From the NCBI GenBank assembly GCA_950097015.1, contig CATNEN010000003.1, positions 6,572,001 to 6,636,000 of the forward strand: a DNA stretch of 64,000 nt, read 5' to 3'. Shown piece by piece: positions 23,881 through 38,275 of this stretch. The position numbers and the translations under genes were made by a program. The notes under the pieces are model-generated. The model was not told the origin of the DNA, did no database searches, and saw only the letters and a list, made by a program, of their open reading frames with translations. Source of the stretch: Macrostomum hystrix (lineage: Eukaryota; Animalia; Platyhelminthes). The stretch's first letter is position 1; every line of letters starts with the position of its first letter.

Positions 23881-24664
23881 AGGAAATTGATGAGAATTTG
23901 TCAGTGTACTATTACAGCCATCATTTTGTAAATGCCATTGTATTGTTAGATAGTTTATTATCAGTGCCATTGTTATTGTGCGCAAGTTTTATATAACCAG
24001 ACAAGAACACTTCATTCAGGGTAAGACATATATTTTAATTAGATTTCTTGGCACAATAATATTTAACCGACAACATGTCAAAACTCGATGAAAACTACAG
24101 ACACAACACGACTTAATTAGACCGTGTTAATTAATCTGTAACGTATAAACCATACGATTATTTTGTACAGAAAAAAACACGTCTTCAACACAACTTAACA
24201 TCTCTATGACTATAACATTGTTTAAAAAAGGTTATTTGACGAATAGCTAAACTATAGTTTAATACAAGCAAGTATATTTTTAGTATATATATTTATTTAA
24301 AAAAGCAGAAGTTTGTGATAGCACTTACTGGCGCCGGTGTCACAGTGGGGTGTCTCAGACATATGTGTGTGTGTGTGTGTCTGTGTTTTGTGTCGTTTTG
24401 TCTTGTTAATATAGAAACACCCACTAAACAGATTGCATTGGTTGAGCACATTACATTTGAGTTTGCGAGCTGTTAAAAAATTATTAATAATCGCTGGGTG
24501 TCTAAATGTTTTTTAAATCTTTATCAAATAAATTATTCATGTCTTATTGAAATTTTTCACACACCCAATCTGTTTTTAAATTTGTTAGTTTTGGTATAGA
24601 AAATCTGAAATCCATTTGATACTCGTAAATGCATGGCTAACAAGATCGATAAGGTAAAACAGAG

Positions 24665-25695
24665 GATAGATGAGCAAGAAGAGAGGAAAGATGAGGGAGA
24701 TGAGAGAGGATAGATGAGGGAGAAGAGAGGATAGATGAGGGAGAAGAGAGGATAGATGAGGGAGAAGAGAGGATAGATGAGGGAGAAGAGAGGATAGATG
24801 AGGGAGAAGAGAGGATAGATGAGGGAGAAGAGAGGATAGATGAGGGAGAAGAGAGGATAGATGAGGGAGAAGAGAGGATAGATGAGGGAGAAGAGATGAT
24901 AGATGAGGGAGAAGAGAGGATAGATGAGGGAGAAGAGAGGATAGATGAGGGAGAAGAGAGGATAGATGAGGGAGAAGAGAGGATAGATGAGGGAGAAGAG
25001 AGGATAGATGAGGGAGAAGAGAGGATAGATGAGGGAGAAGAGAGGATAGATGAGGGAGAAGAGAGGATAGATGAGGGAGAAGAGAGGATAGATGAGGGAG
25101 AAGAGAGGATAGATGAGGGAGAAGAGAGGATAGATGAGGGAGAAGAGAGGATAGATGAGGGAGAAGAGAGGATAGATGAGGGAGAGTATAAAGGATAGAT
25201 GACGGAGGAGAGGATAGATGACGGAGGAGAGGATAGATGACGGAGGAGAGGATAGATGACGGAGGAGAGGATAGATGACGGAGGAGAGGATAGATGACGG
25301 AGGAGAGGATAGATGACGGAGGAGAGGATAGATGACGGAGGAGAGGATAGATGACGGAGGAGAGGATAGATGACGGAGGAGAGGATAGATGACGGAGGAG
25401 AGGATAGATGACGGAGGAGAGGATAGATGACGGAGGAGAGGATAGATGACGGAGGAGAGGATAGATGACGGAGGAGAGGATAGATGACGGAGGAGAGGAT
25501 AGATGACGGAGGAGAGGATAGATGACGGAGGAGAGGATAGATGACGGAGGAGAGGATAGATGACGGAGGAGAGAATAGATGACGGAGGAGAGGATAGATG
25601 ACGGAGGAGAGAATAGATGACGGAGGAGAGGATAGATGACGGAGGAGAGGATAGATGACGGAGGAGAGGATAGATGACGGAGGAGAGGATAGATC
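24665..25695. repeat. Compound minisatellite: 21 bp (GAGGATAGATGAGGGAGAAGA) switching to 19 bp (GAGGATAGATGACGGAGGA) near 25190
   Basis: Two homogeneous tandem blocks. Confidence 0.96.
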
Positions 25696-26396
25696 AGGGA
25701 GATTAGAGGAGATATGAGTGATGAGTGTTAGAGAATGAGTAACTAATTGCAGATACCATCTGGTTGCAGGCAGATTCGGTCATTTCCGTGACAGATCTAT
25801 CAGAGTTTCCATCTTAGAGCCAGCTAGATAAATAGATTTGCAACTTGAAACAACGTGACCATCTACCACCCATTGATTTAGTCATAACTGCACTACATGA
25901 GATCAAATATATTACTGTTATATTCTAGCATTCTTATCGAGTAGATAATAGCAGTAAATATAATGTTTAATCTCCTACTGGGCTGCGACTTTAAAAAAAA
26001 ACGCCCTAGCTAATACCACCTGAATAATAAATCGAACCCCCGTCGTTCAACCGCTGAAATCAGCGGTCTCTTGAGCTGTGTTCTCACCCAATCGAGAATT
26101 CAATTCTATAATAGCAGCTTCCCACTGTGGTGTCTCCGCTACGGGTCGATTCTTCACCTCCTAGAGAATTCTGACTCCATTCTCTCTCCCTCACTCTCTA
26201 AAGATGCGCCGACCAATCAGAGAGCTCCTCTATCCTCCATTCTCCGCCACCCCACAGGACCCCTCCCCACCGCCCCGCGATTCCGTCAAAAACGGCCGCC
26301 GAAGCGAACCGGCTTACTCAAAAAACGCAACCCGCTTGAGCACACGACTCAGAATTCGAGTTACGATACGATTCGCACAGCCCAGATCAGACAAAG

Positions 26397-29300
26397 ATGA
26401 AGGAGGACATGCCAACGGAAGACTCCGGCGACGAGACGTCAATAGATCAGCCGCTTCAGCCGATGCCGAATCCGCCGCCTCCACTAATTACTGCCGGTTC
26501 GCCTATGCCACCATTTCTAGCTATGAGGGCCGCTGCTGCCGCCGCCGCCGCAGCCGCCGCAGCCGCCGCGGCATCGTCGGCGCCGACTTCGCTGACGTCA
26601 AGCGGAGGCGGCGGCGGCGGCGGCGGCGGCGGCTTGATGTCGATGGCTGGCGGCATGTCATTTCCGCCGCACTCGCAGCATCCGCACCCGAATTTCTTTC
26701 TAACCGGAGCTTTTCGACCGCTTCAGCCGCCGCAATTTCTGCAGGCCTGCCATCCACCCCACCCTCCGCCACACCCGCTGTCTCACCCGCCGCAGCAGCC
26801 GCAGCCTCCGCCGCCGTTTCTACCGCCGCACGTGTCGGCGGCAACCGCCGATTTGATCTACAAGGCCACAGCAGCTGGGGCAGATCCCAGACAGTTCCTG
26901 CCAGCCTCGTTGTTCTTTAGAGAGGAACCGAAGCCGAATCACAGCTATATTGGTAAGGAGGACTCAAATTTATTGTGCTTAGATTATAACAATTTTTAAC
27001 CATGTTTTATTTGATAATCTTAAATCTATCTATACATAGGACATAAACGAAATCACTTGTTGCGTTTTATATAGTCTTTGTTCTTATAAATATCGATACA
27101 CAAAATAAGATATTCCATTATTAACCTAATGTGATGTAGAGACGTAACATTTGTATGTTATTCGCTTAACGTATATCCTATACAGGCGTATATTCATTAT
27201 TAGATGGCAATCTATAGCAACTATTTTGAATATTGCTTCTATTGTTCCATAGTTACAATAGAACTGCATTTATCTGAAATCCCAAAACAGGTCTCATTGG
27301 AATGGCCATTCTAAGCTCAAAGGAGAAGAAAATGGTGCTGAGCGATATCTATCAGTGGATATTGGACAATTATCCCTACTTCAGGACTAGAGGACCGGGT
27401 TGGAGAAATTCAATTCGACACAACTTGTCACTGAACGACTGCTTCATCAAAGTTGGTGAGTGACGACTGCATTGGGTGCTTGAAATTTTATGTCAGTTAT
27501 TTGTTTATTCTCTTCCCCATTCTACTCAACCTTTTCCTTCTCCTCTCCCCTTCTCTTCTCCCCATTTCTCCTCTCCCCTTCTCTTCTCCCCATTCTCCTC
27601 TCCCCCTTCTCTTCTCCCATTCTCCTCTCCCCCTTCTCTTCTCCCATTCTCCTCTCCCCCTTCTCTTCTCCCCATTCTCCTCTCCCCCTTCTCTTCTCCC
27701 ATTCTCCTCTCCCCCTTCTCTTCTCCCATTCTCCTCTCCTCCTTCTCTTCTCCCCCTTCTCCTCACCCCTTCTCCACTCCCTTCTCCACTCCCCTTCTCT
27801 TCTCCCCTTCTCCTCTCCCCTTCTCCTCTCCCATTTCTCTTCTCCCGTTTCTCTTCTCCCCTTCTCTTCTCCCCCTTCTCCTCTCCCCTTCTCTCCTCCC
27901 ATGCATTTGTCTTCTCCCCTTCTCTTCTCCTATTTCTCTTCTTCCCTTCTCTTACCCCTCTCCACTCCAATTCTCCTCTCTGACTTCCCCTACTACGAGT
28001 ACTATCCTCTAAACGTAGACAACACTCCACCTCAGGCGTCACTGTTCTAGGAAGCAAAGTGCAGCAATTTTTTGTCTAATTTTCAACACCATAATTACAA
28101 AGCCCACTCGACAGAAGAAAATGTTATTCATAGAATAGAAACATCTTCAAACACAATGCAGAGCAGTATTTCCAAATTTCTGCTATTAGAAGACAGTTAG
28201 TATAGTTGTGCACGCATGCAATATAAATACAAAAATAGCCAAGATTTTAATCTACACCTGTTTATAATAGAATCGATTAAAATCTCGTTTTATCTAGCAA
28301 AGTTATCTCAAATACAAACCCCCCGTTGATTAGATAATTATTGTCTTTCCTACGGTCCGTAACAATGCTTGAAAGTGAGCCAGCATCAAATATGGGCCCT
28401 ATATGTGTCTGTCTACCTGTCCGTTTTCTCTGAGTCTAAAATTGTTAATAATTTTGCAGGGTGCTAAAGCGAGATTTTGCTTTTAAAAGCTATGGCAGTA
28501 CAGGTTGGCAATTGTTTATTGAGGCGCAACAGGTGGTGGTCAGTTGAGAGACTTATTTTAGTAACAGTACCATCAGTTCAGTTTGAATTTTTCTCCATTA
28601 GGGATTAAAAACTACGAAAGAGTGGGAATTAGAGGTAGAGAGAGGGAGTAGATAGGAGAGAGAGAGGGAGTAGATAGGAGGTAGAGAGAGGGAGTAGATA
28701 GGAGAGAGAGAGGGAGTAGATAGGAGAGAGAGAGGGAGTAGATAGGAGAGAGAGAGGGAGTAGATAGGAGAGAGAGAGGGAGTAGATAGGAGAGAGAGAG
28801 GGAGTAGATAGGAGAGAGAGAGGGAGTAGATAGGAGAGAGAGAGGGAGTAGATAGGAGAGAGAGAGGGAGTAGATAGGAGAGAGAGAGGGAGTAGATAGG
28901 AGAGAGTGAGGGAGTAGAGAGGGAGTAGAGACAGGGAGTAGAGAGGGGGTAGAGAGGAGTAGATAGGAGAGAGTGAGGGAGTAGAGAGGGAGTAGAGACA
29001 GGGAGTAGAGAGGGAGTAGAGAGGGAGTAGAGAGGAGTAGATAGGAGAGAGTGAGGGAGTAGAGAGGGAGTAGAGACAGGGAGTAGAGAGGGAGTAGAGA
29101 GGGAGTAGAGAGGAGTAGATAGGAGAGAGTGAGGGAGTAGAGAGGGAGTAGAGACAGGGAGTAGAGAGGGGGTATAGTTAAAAAAGCAATGACCAAGCAT
29201 TTAGTACAATTGTTAAATAGAGAGTTCCTACATTAGGCATCCAATAAATATTAAACACTTGCAAATCAAGCAAAACAGTAACACAAGCAAGCATGGAAAA

Positions 29301-32300
29301 TCAACAGACAAGACAAAGAAACAATGCCCTTAAACAATGCTTGAATGCAGGTGAAAGTGAAAGTGACAACTAGAGTAAGCTGTCAGGGTATAGTATTGTT
29401 GGGCATTTCATTTACTATAGAATGCGGTTTCTAAAATAGGAAAATGTTTGCACAAACGGCAGATGAACTCATTTCTCACTTCTCTCCTGCAGCTACTGCA
29501 GCAACATTCTTGCCATTACGCATGCTCCTGCTTTTTTTTACTTTTGCACCTCCACTGGCCCCATTGTTTGGAGAATCCAAAAGCTTTGCAAAAGCAACTT
29601 TGCAACACTTGAAATCTGTGACAAAATCTTGATTCACTTCCTTAGTATTTTCTGTCTTTTTTTATATGGGACAACTGGACCTGTCAATCAACCTGTCACT
29701 GGGAATGGGGTTTTATAAAGTTGATTCCTAAACGAATACAATTGTCAGTAGCGAATATTTTCAACCTACCCCATCTCTCCCGTGTCTCATCTCTCCACAT
29801 GTCTCATCTCTCCCGTGTCTCATCTCTCCACATGTCTCATCTCTCCCGTGTCTCATCTCTCCCCGTGTCTCATCTCTAACCTGTCTCATCTCTCCCGTGT
29901 CTCATCTCTCCCGTGTCTCATCTCTCCCCGTGTCTCATCTCTCCCGTGTCTCATCTCTCCCCGTGTCTCATCTCTAACCTGTCTCATCTCTCCCGTGTCT
30001 CATCTCTCCCGTGTCTCATCTCTCCCCGTGTCTCATCTCTCCCGTGTCTCATCTCTCCCGTGTCTCATCTCTCCCGTGTCTCATCTCTCCCCGTGTCTCA
30101 TCTCTAACCTGTCTCATCTCTCCCGTGTCTCATCTCTCCCGTGTCTCATCTCTCCCCGTGTCTCATCTCTCCCGTGTCTCATCTCTCCGCATGTCTCATC
30201 TCTCCCCGTGTCTCATCTCTCTCCGTGTCTCATCTCTCCCCGTGTCTCATCTCTAACCTGTCTCATCTCTCCCGTGTCTCATCTCTCCGCATGTCTCATC
30301 TCTCCCCGTGTCTCATCTCTAACCTGTCTCATCTCTCCCCGTGTCTCATCTCTCCCCGTGTCTCATCTCTCCCCGTGTCTCATCTCTAACCTGTCTCATC
30401 TCTCCCGTATCTCAACTCTACCGTGTCTCATCTCTTTCCAGTCTCACATCTCCCCTGTCTCCAGTGTCAAGGATAAACAGGATTTAACAAACTCAGTTTA
30501 ACACAAGCCATAGCTATACACAAAAACTAACTAAATTATTCAGGCAGTGTTGACACCTGCTCTAAGCAAAATCCTCAAAATAGGAAGCACGCTCCCAATC
30601 AGCTACGCGATAACAGTTTAAACTGAAAGTTTTCTAGGCCAAATTTAATACAAATTAATGATTAATAGCAGACAAGATTCTTGAGGAATTAAGGGAGATA
30701 AAGGCGTTAGAAAAAAGTCTGTCACTTCAGCATCGGAAACAGATGTGGCCACGGAACTAATTTTTTGTGGGGCTAAAACTATACCCACTAATTTCGTTCT
30801 CAATAAATAATGAGACCCACACTGCATGGCAGTCTCAGCAGACAGTATATGAGGATTGAGAAAAATTGGTCCAAACACGTTTCACAATTCCCCAATGTTG
30901 TGTGTTTTTTTGAGATACAGAAACTGTGGCAGAGCTAATTTATAGATAGATTATTATTAAATCAATATTGTGTCTTGTTTCAATTTTTTGTGTATTGTTA
31001 TCTCGTCGTTTTTTCGATTTTGATAAAAATCTGAATTATTCTAATTATTATTGAAGTGTGGCTTTTTTTCAACAGGTGAGAATTGAAAATATTTTTGAAT
31101 TCCCCCTTGTGTTGTCTCTTCCATGTCTCATCTCTACCCTGTCTCATCTCTACCCCGTCTCATCTCTACCCTGTCTCATCTCTACCCTGTCTCATCTCTA
31201 CCCTGTCTCATCTCTACCGTGTCTCATCTCTACCCTGTCTCATCTCTACCCTGTCTCATCTCTACCCTGTCTCATCTCTACCGTGTCTCATCTCTACCCT
31301 GTCTCATCTCTAACCTGTCTCATCTCTACCCTGTCTCATCTCTACCGTGTCTCATCTCTACCCTGTCTCATCTCTACCGTGTCTCATCTCTACCCTGTCT
31401 CATCTCTACCGTGTCTCATCTCTACCCTGTCTCATCTCTACCGTGTCTCATCTCTACCCTGTCTCATCTCTACCCTGTCTCATCTCTACCCTGTCTCATC
31501 TCTACCCTGTCTCATCTCTACCCTGTCTAATCTCTACCCTGTCTCATCTCTACCCTGTCTCATCTCTACCCTGTCTCATCTCTACCCTGTCTCATCTCTA
31601 CCCTGTCTCATCTCTACCCTGTCTCATCTCTACCCTGTCTCATCTCTACCGTGTCTCATCTCTACCCTGTCTCATCTCTAACCTGTCTCATCTCTACCCT
31701 GTCTCATCTCTACCGTGTCTCATCTCTACCCTGTCTCATCTCTACCGTGTCTCATCTCTACCCTGTCTCATCTCTACCCTGTCTCATCTCTACCCTGTCT
31801 CATCTCTACCCTGTCTCATCTCTACCCTGTCTCATCTCTACCCTGTCTCATCTCTACCCTGTCTCATCTCTACCCTGTCTCATCTCTACCCTGTCTCATC
31901 TCTACCCTGTCTCATCTCTACCGTGTCTCATCTCTACCCTGTCTCATCTCTAACCTGTCTCATCTCTACCCTGTCTCATCTCTACCGTGTCTCATCTCTA
32001 CCCTGTCTCATCTCTACCGTGTCTCATCTCTACCCTGTCTCATCTCTACCGTGTCTCATCTCTACCCTGTCTCATCTCTACCGTGTCTCATCTCTACCCT
32101 GTCTCATCTCTACCCTGTCTAATCTCTACCCTGTCTCATCTCTACCCTGTCTCATCTCTACCCTGTCTCTTCTCTAACCTGTCTCATCTCTAACCTGTCT
32201 CAGCTCTACCCTGTCTTATCTCTACCCTGTCTCATCTCTACCCTATCTAATCTCTACCCTGTCTCATCTCTAACCTGTCTCATCTCTACCCTGTCTCATC

Positions 32301-32968
32301 TCTAACCTGTCTCATCTCTAACCTGTCTCATCGCTCCTGGGAAATTTCTCACAAAGACTGTAAATGCGAATTATTATTCTAAGAAAAGTGTCTCCTGAAA
32401 TTCGGTTAAACCAGGCCGGTCCTCCAACGGCAAAGGCCACTATTGGTCCATTCATCCGGCCAATCTGGAAGATTTTAAACGCGGCGACTTCCGGCGTCGT
32501 CGGGCCCAGCGCAAAGTTCGCAAAGCCATGGGCCTGGCCTGCCCGGACGAGGAGGACACCCCGACGCCGTCGCCCACAGGACCGGACAAATGCTTCGATT
32601 GGCAAGCCGCGGCTGCCATGGCGGCTGCGGCTGCGGCTGCTGCCGCGGCTGCCGACTTCGGCATGCCAATGAGTTCGTCGCTTCATCATCATCATCAGCA
32701 GCAGCAGTCGCCATTTGGTCTTCCACCAATGCAGCATCAGCAGCAGCAGCAGCAGTTTCTGCAGCTTCAACAGCCACCGATGATGGAAATGGCAAGAAGA
32801 AAGCGAGGCTTCGATATGGCGAGCTTGCTAGCTCCTGAGACCACATTGCAACAGCAGCAGCAGCAGCAGCAGCCAATGCCATCACCTCAGCAACAGCAGC
32901 AGCAGCCGCAGCCATCGACAACTCCTCGAATTCCTCGGCCGCTTCTGTTGAACACAAGTTCTTGTTAA
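26397..32968 (+). CDS. FoxQ2: Forkhead transcription factor FoxQ2, paralog a, ~424 aa; join(26397-26952,27291-27455,32415-32968)
   Basis: Spliced forkhead domain [98 protein letters not shown] matches the FoxQ2 signature; two phase-1 GT-AG introns; C-terminal Eh1-like FDMASLL. Confidence 0.95.
27535..27970. repeat. Pyrimidine-rich minisatellite (TTCTCTTCTCCCATTCTCCTCTCCCCC variants)
   Basis: FoxQ2a intron 2. Confidence 0.9.
28630..29172. repeat. Minisatellite, ~22 bp unit (GGGAGTAGATAGGAGAGAGAGA)
   Basis: FoxQ2a intron 2. Confidence 0.93.
29770..30460. repeat. Minisatellite, 15-16 bp unit (GTGTCTCATCTCTCCC)
   Basis: Same family as 1-80 and 54865-55075. Confidence 0.95.
31120..32335. repeat. 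Minisatellite, 16 bp unit (CTGTCTCATCTCTACC)
   Basis: Variant of the preceding family. Confidence 0.96.
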
Positions 32969-34059
32969 ATGACTAACTACATTTTTTGGTATTAACATTT
33001 GAAGTCTGATAAAGATACACATTATTATTTAAAATTTTAATAATTCTTCTGTGCAACATTATATTTATAACAATTGAAGAAGTTTTAAAAGTTATCTTTG
33101 AAATTTCTAAGAACTAAAGAAACAAAAAAATTAATTAATCTGATAAAATTTTAATTAAATAAATAAATGAAATAAATATAATTTAATTAAAAGTAACTAA
33201 AAATAAAAATTAGATATTTTTATAACCATAGATTTCTCAGAACTCTCGATTTCTAAGAAATCACGATTTCTAAGAATTCTAGATTTCTAAGAATTCATTC
33301 TTTTAAGAATTCAAGAATGGACTTGTTGCACTTTAAAATGTCTTGTAGATTTATTACGTGTTTAAAAAATTATTAAATCAAATGTTGTCCGGAATTTAGT
33401 TACTAGTCAGTTAAAAAACTTTCTATGTTGTTTTTACGCTGCCTTTAAGTACAGTTTTTTTCAATACCTAAAAACGACCTGAGAATTTGAACTAGACTAG
33501 TCACAATAGCCGTCTATCCCTCGTGTTAATAAACAAAACAAACTATCAAACTCGATGAAAGTAACTAAATACCACATAGTTGATTTTGTTTTAAATCTAG
33601 CGCATTCATCAGGCTTATTTAAACAAACGTTTGTTTTATCGTTTTCTCCCTTCGCATGCCGTTTTAAAATGTTTGTTTGAATGCTTGTTCTTTGTTACTT
33701 AAAATTGACAATTCAGTACATCAGGAGAATTTAGTCACAGAAAAAGTTCAAATAAAAAAGAAACGATTTTTTGTTTGATTGTTTTGCTTCTGTTTCAAGT
33801 TACCTGCAAATTGCTTCATGCACTTTTATCATGTGTTGCTTGATAAAATAGTTTTTTGTCGATTATGTAACGCAAGAAATGCAGACAAATGAATATAAAT
33901 ACACACGCACATTCATATGCAATGCTTCACATTTAGCTTAGAAAAGTTTACGATAAAAATGCTTTCAGATACTGCATATCTAAAATATTTCACACTTTAT
34001 TTTTGTTTCTGATAAACTTCTTAAGATCGTTTTTTATATCTTAAGATGGAGATATTGCA

Positions 34060-35180
34060 GCCTCTATAGACAGGTGGGTTGTTTTAAAGATCAGTGGTTG
34101 TTCTATAGATTAGTGAGTTGTTCTATAGATCTGTGGGTTGTTCTATAGATCAGTGGTTGCTCTATAGATCAGTGATTGTTCTATAGATCAGTGGTTGTTC
34201 TATAGATCACTGGTCGGTCTATAGATCAGTGGTGTTCTATAGATCAGTGTTTGTTCTATAGATCAGTGATTGTTCTATAGATCAGTGGTGTTCTATAGAT
34301 CAGTGATTGTTCTATAGATCAGTGGGTGTTCTTTAGATCAGTGGGTGTTCTTTAGATCAGTGATTGTTCTATAGATCACTGGTCGGTCTATAGATCAGTG
34401 GTTGTTCTATAGATTAGTGAGTTGTTCTATAGATCTGTGGGTTGTTCTATAGATCAGTGGTTGCTCTATAGATCAGTGATTGTTCTATAGATCAGTGGTC
34501 GGTCTATAGATCAGTGGTGTTCTATAGATCAGTGATTGTTCTATAGATCAGTGGTTGTTCTATAGATCACTGGTCGGTCTATAGATCAGTGGTGTTCTAT
34601 AGATCAGTGGTTGTTCTATAGATCACTGGTCGGTCTAAAGATCAGTGGTGTTCTATAGATCAGTGATTGTTCTATAGATCACTGGTCGGTCTATAGATCA
34701 GTGGTGTTCTATAGATCAGTGGTGTTCTATAGATCAGTGATTGTTCTATAGATCACTGGTCGGTCTATAGATCAGTGGTGTTCTATAGATCAGTGGTTGT
34801 TCTATAGATCACTGGTCGGTCTATAGATCACTGGTGTTCTATAGATCAGTGATTGTTCTATAGATCACTGGTCGGTCTATAGATCAGTGGTGTTCTATAG
34901 ATCAGTGATTGTTCTATAGATCACTGGTCGGTCTATAGATCAGTGGTTGTTCTATAGATCAGTGGTGTTCTATAGATCAGTGATTGTTCTATAGATCAGT
35001 GGTGTTCTATAGATCACTGGTCGGTCTATAGATCAGTGATTGTTCTATAGATCACTGGTCGGTCTATAGATCAGTGGTTGTTCTATAGATCAGTGGTGTT
35101 CTATAGATCAGTGATTGTTCTATAGATCAGTGGTGTTCTATAGATCACTGGTCGGTCTATAGATCAGTGGTGTTCTATAG
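34060..35180. repeat. Minisatellite, 18-19 bp unit with palindromic TCTATAGA core
   Basis: Constant TCTATAGATCA[G/C]TG plus a few recurring short linkers. Confidence 0.95.
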
Positions 35181-35721
35181 AGTAAAAGACGCGAAATAAA
35201 AGCTCTAGCGATGATAATAATTTACAAGAAATCATATTGTCTGTCACATTTCAAGTGATTTTATTATCATGATACAAGATTTAATATGAATAGACCTAAC
35301 TATACTTTGTTAATCCGAATTCAAATTGGTTAAACGTTGTCTCAACGTTGTAATCAATTTACTTGGTTTAGTGAAGAAAATCGGTTTTCTTTCAGCAATA
35401 TGCAAATCAAAGCCAATCAGAATTGCTTCAATTGCCTCCAGGCGGGACCGATCCGTCTATCTAACTAACCAAAGCTGTCAAAGTCAGAAGTTATTTGAAT
35501 TCTTTTTCTACATATTGAGAACAATTATTGTCACCTAACTAGTGTAAAGATTGGTGAGAACTATTTTGTATGCAAAGTGGTGTAACCAGAATGCTAAGTA
35601 GATCATGGAAGCTGCACACTGATCTCATTTCTATTCCGTTCTAGAGGATGGCTCCGGGTAATCTTCTTTGCTCTGATTTTTTGTTCCCGCAAAAAAGATT
35701 CCTTTAAAATTGCTGTGGGAC

Positions 35722-37220
35722 GTAGAGTGAGAAGGAGAGAGGTAGAGTGAGGAGGAGAGAGGTAGAGTGAGAAGGAGAGGGGTAGAGTGAGGAGGAGAGA
35801 GGTAGAGTGAGAAGGAGAGGGGTAGAGTGAGGAGGAGAGAGGTAGAGGGAGAAGGAGAGAGGTAGAGTGAGAAGGAGAGAGGTAGAGTGAGAAGGAGAGA
35901 GGTAGAGGGAGAAGGAGAGAGGTAGAGTGAGAAGGAGAGAGGTAGAGTGAGAAGGAGAGAGGTAGAGTGAGAAGGAGAGAGGTAGAGTGAGAAGGAGAGA
36001 GGTAGAGTAAGAAGGAGAGAGGTAGAGTGAGAAGGAGAGAGGTAGAGTGAGAAGGAGAGAGGTAGAGTGAGAAGGAGAGAGGTAGAGGGAGAAGGAGAGA
36101 GGTAGAGTGAGAAGGAGAGAGGTAGAGTGAGAAGGAGAGAGGTAGAGTGAGAAGGAGAGAGGTAGAGTGAGAAGTAGAGAGGTAGAGTGAGGAGGAGAGA
36201 GGTAGAGTGAGAAGGAGAGGGGTAGAGGGAGAAGGAGAGAGGTAGAGTGAGAAGGAGAGAGGTAGAGTGAGAAGGAGAGAGGTAGAGTGAGAAGGAGAGG
36301 GGTAGAGGGAGAAGGAGAGAGGTAGAGTGAGAAGGAGAGAGGTAGAGTGAGAAGTAGAGAGGTAGAGTGAGAAGGAGAGAGGTAGAGTGAGAAGGAGAGA
36401 GGTAGAGTGAGAAGGAGAGAGGTAGAGTGAGAAGGAGAGAGGTAGAGTGAGAAGTAGAGAGGTAGAGTGAGAAGGAGAGGGGTAGAGGGAGAAGGAGAGA
36501 GGTAGAGTGAGAAGGAGAGAGGTAGAGTGAGAAGGAGAGAGGTAGAGTGAGAAGGAGAGGGGTAGAGGGAGAAGGAGAGAGGTAGAGTGAGAAGGAGAGA
36601 GGTAGAGTGAGAAGGAGAGAGGTAGAGTGAGAAGGAGAGGGGTAGAGGGAGAAGGAGAGAGGTAGAGTGAGAAGGAGAGAGGTAGAGTGAGAAGGAGAGA
36701 GGTAGAGTGAGAAGTAGAGAGGTAGAGTGAGAAGGAGAGAGGTAGAGTGAGAAGGAGAGGGGTAGAGGGAGAAGGAGAGAGGTAGAGTGAGAAGTAGAGA
36801 GGTAGAGTGAGAAGGAGAGAGGTAGAGTGAGAAGGAGAGAGGTAGAGTGAGAAGTAGAGAGGTAGAGTGAGGAGGAGAGAGGTAGAGTGAGAAGGAGAGG
36901 GGTAGAGGGAGAAGGAGAGAGGTAGAGTGAGAAGGAGAGAGGTAGAGTGAGAAGGAGAGAGGTAGAGTGAGAAGGAGAGAGGTAGAGTGAGAAGTAGAGA
37001 GGTAGAGTGAGAAGTAGAGAGGTAGAGTGAGAAGGAGAGAGGTAGAGTGAGAAGTAGAGAGGTAGAGTGAGAAGGAGAGAGGTAGAGTGAGAAGGAGAGA
37101 GGTAGAGTGAGAAGTAGAGAGGTAGAGTGAGAAGGAGTGGGGTAGAGTGAGAAGGAGAGAGGTAGAGTGAGAAGTGGAGAGGTAGAGTGAGAAGTAGAGA
37201 GGTAGAGTGAGAAGGAGAGA
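35722..37220. repeat. Minisatellite, 20 bp unit (GGTAGAGTGAGAAGGAGAGA), ~1.5 kb
   Basis: Homogeneous array, C-free on the plus strand. Confidence 0.97.
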
Positions 37221-37989
37221 GCGGGAGATGATTAAGCAGTTTTCTCTGATAATTTCTTGTCAGTCTAACATCTGGTTGAGTTCAGTATTTTCTTGACTCA
37301 ATGAGTTAGATGATAAGCTGCATTGCTAGTCAATATTGAATTTTAAGTTAATAAATGTTTAATTACTGTTTCAAGTCAGTTGTTGCCAAGCCCAAGGCTT
37401 CCGTTTCTCCTGTCGTTGTGTTTCTCCTAATTTTTACCAGAAATGGCAGACACAAGATATCAATTAGGCAGTAAACCTTCAATATGTGTGTATTCCCCAA
37501 TGATCCCAATCGACCAGCTGGGCCGAAAAAAAATTGGGAAAATTTAACAAAAAATTGGGACAATTTTCTGAATATTTTCAACATTTTTTACATGTCCGAC
37601 AAGAAATAATTATTATCCAGTCGTTTTGCTTGCTTGGGCCGAACCAAATTAGAAAAAAAGAAGGCATTTTTTCGAAGTAAAGATAAGAAAAAACTAACCA
37701 ACAGCCGAAATGCTTTCATGATCAAGCACAATGTCCTGCTTGTTAATTAGCTTGAGTCTAAAGGCTCCCGCTAAAACTTTTCCTGCACGATCTATTCTTC
37801 TCTTCAGAATTTTTTAACCAGATTTTTTGTCTCAAAAATAGATTGCTTATCATTTATCTGCGACCATCGACCGCAGGCACAATTCGGATTTGGAAATTTA
37901 TAACTTTTTACCTAATCTTTATCACTCACTTTTAATCACATTTTAGTGCCCTGCTCGCTAATGTTTGCCTCGCTAATTTCCTATATCTA

Positions 37990-38275
37990 CCCCTCTCTGA
38001 TCTCTAATCTCACCAACTCTCATCTCTAACATCACTCTCTCAATTCTAATCTCACTCTCATCTCCAATCTCACCTTCTCTCTGATCTCTAATCTCACCGA
38101 CTCTCATATCTCATTTCCAATCTCACCCTCTATCATCTCCAATCTCACCCTCTATCATCTCTAATCTTACTCTCTATCATCTCCAATCTCACACTCTCTC
38201 ATCTCCAATCTCACCCTCTCTCATCTCCAATCTCACCCTCTCTCATTTCCAATCTCACCCACTCTAATTTCCAAT
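37990..38275. repeat. Degenerate pyrimidine-rich repeat (CAATCTCACCCTCTCTCATCTC)
   Basis: Diverged tandem copies. Confidence 0.8.

Noticed and set aside
33520-33800. Cluster of forkhead-like motifs downstream of FoxQ2a (autoregulation)
   Set aside because: Expected by chance in very AT-rich DNA.
34060-35180. CRISPR-like look (constant palindromic repeat plus variable part); also considered for 39568-40510
   Set aside because: Variable parts are 4-5 nt and recur rather than being unique 25-45 nt spacers; no cas genes; eukaryotic context.
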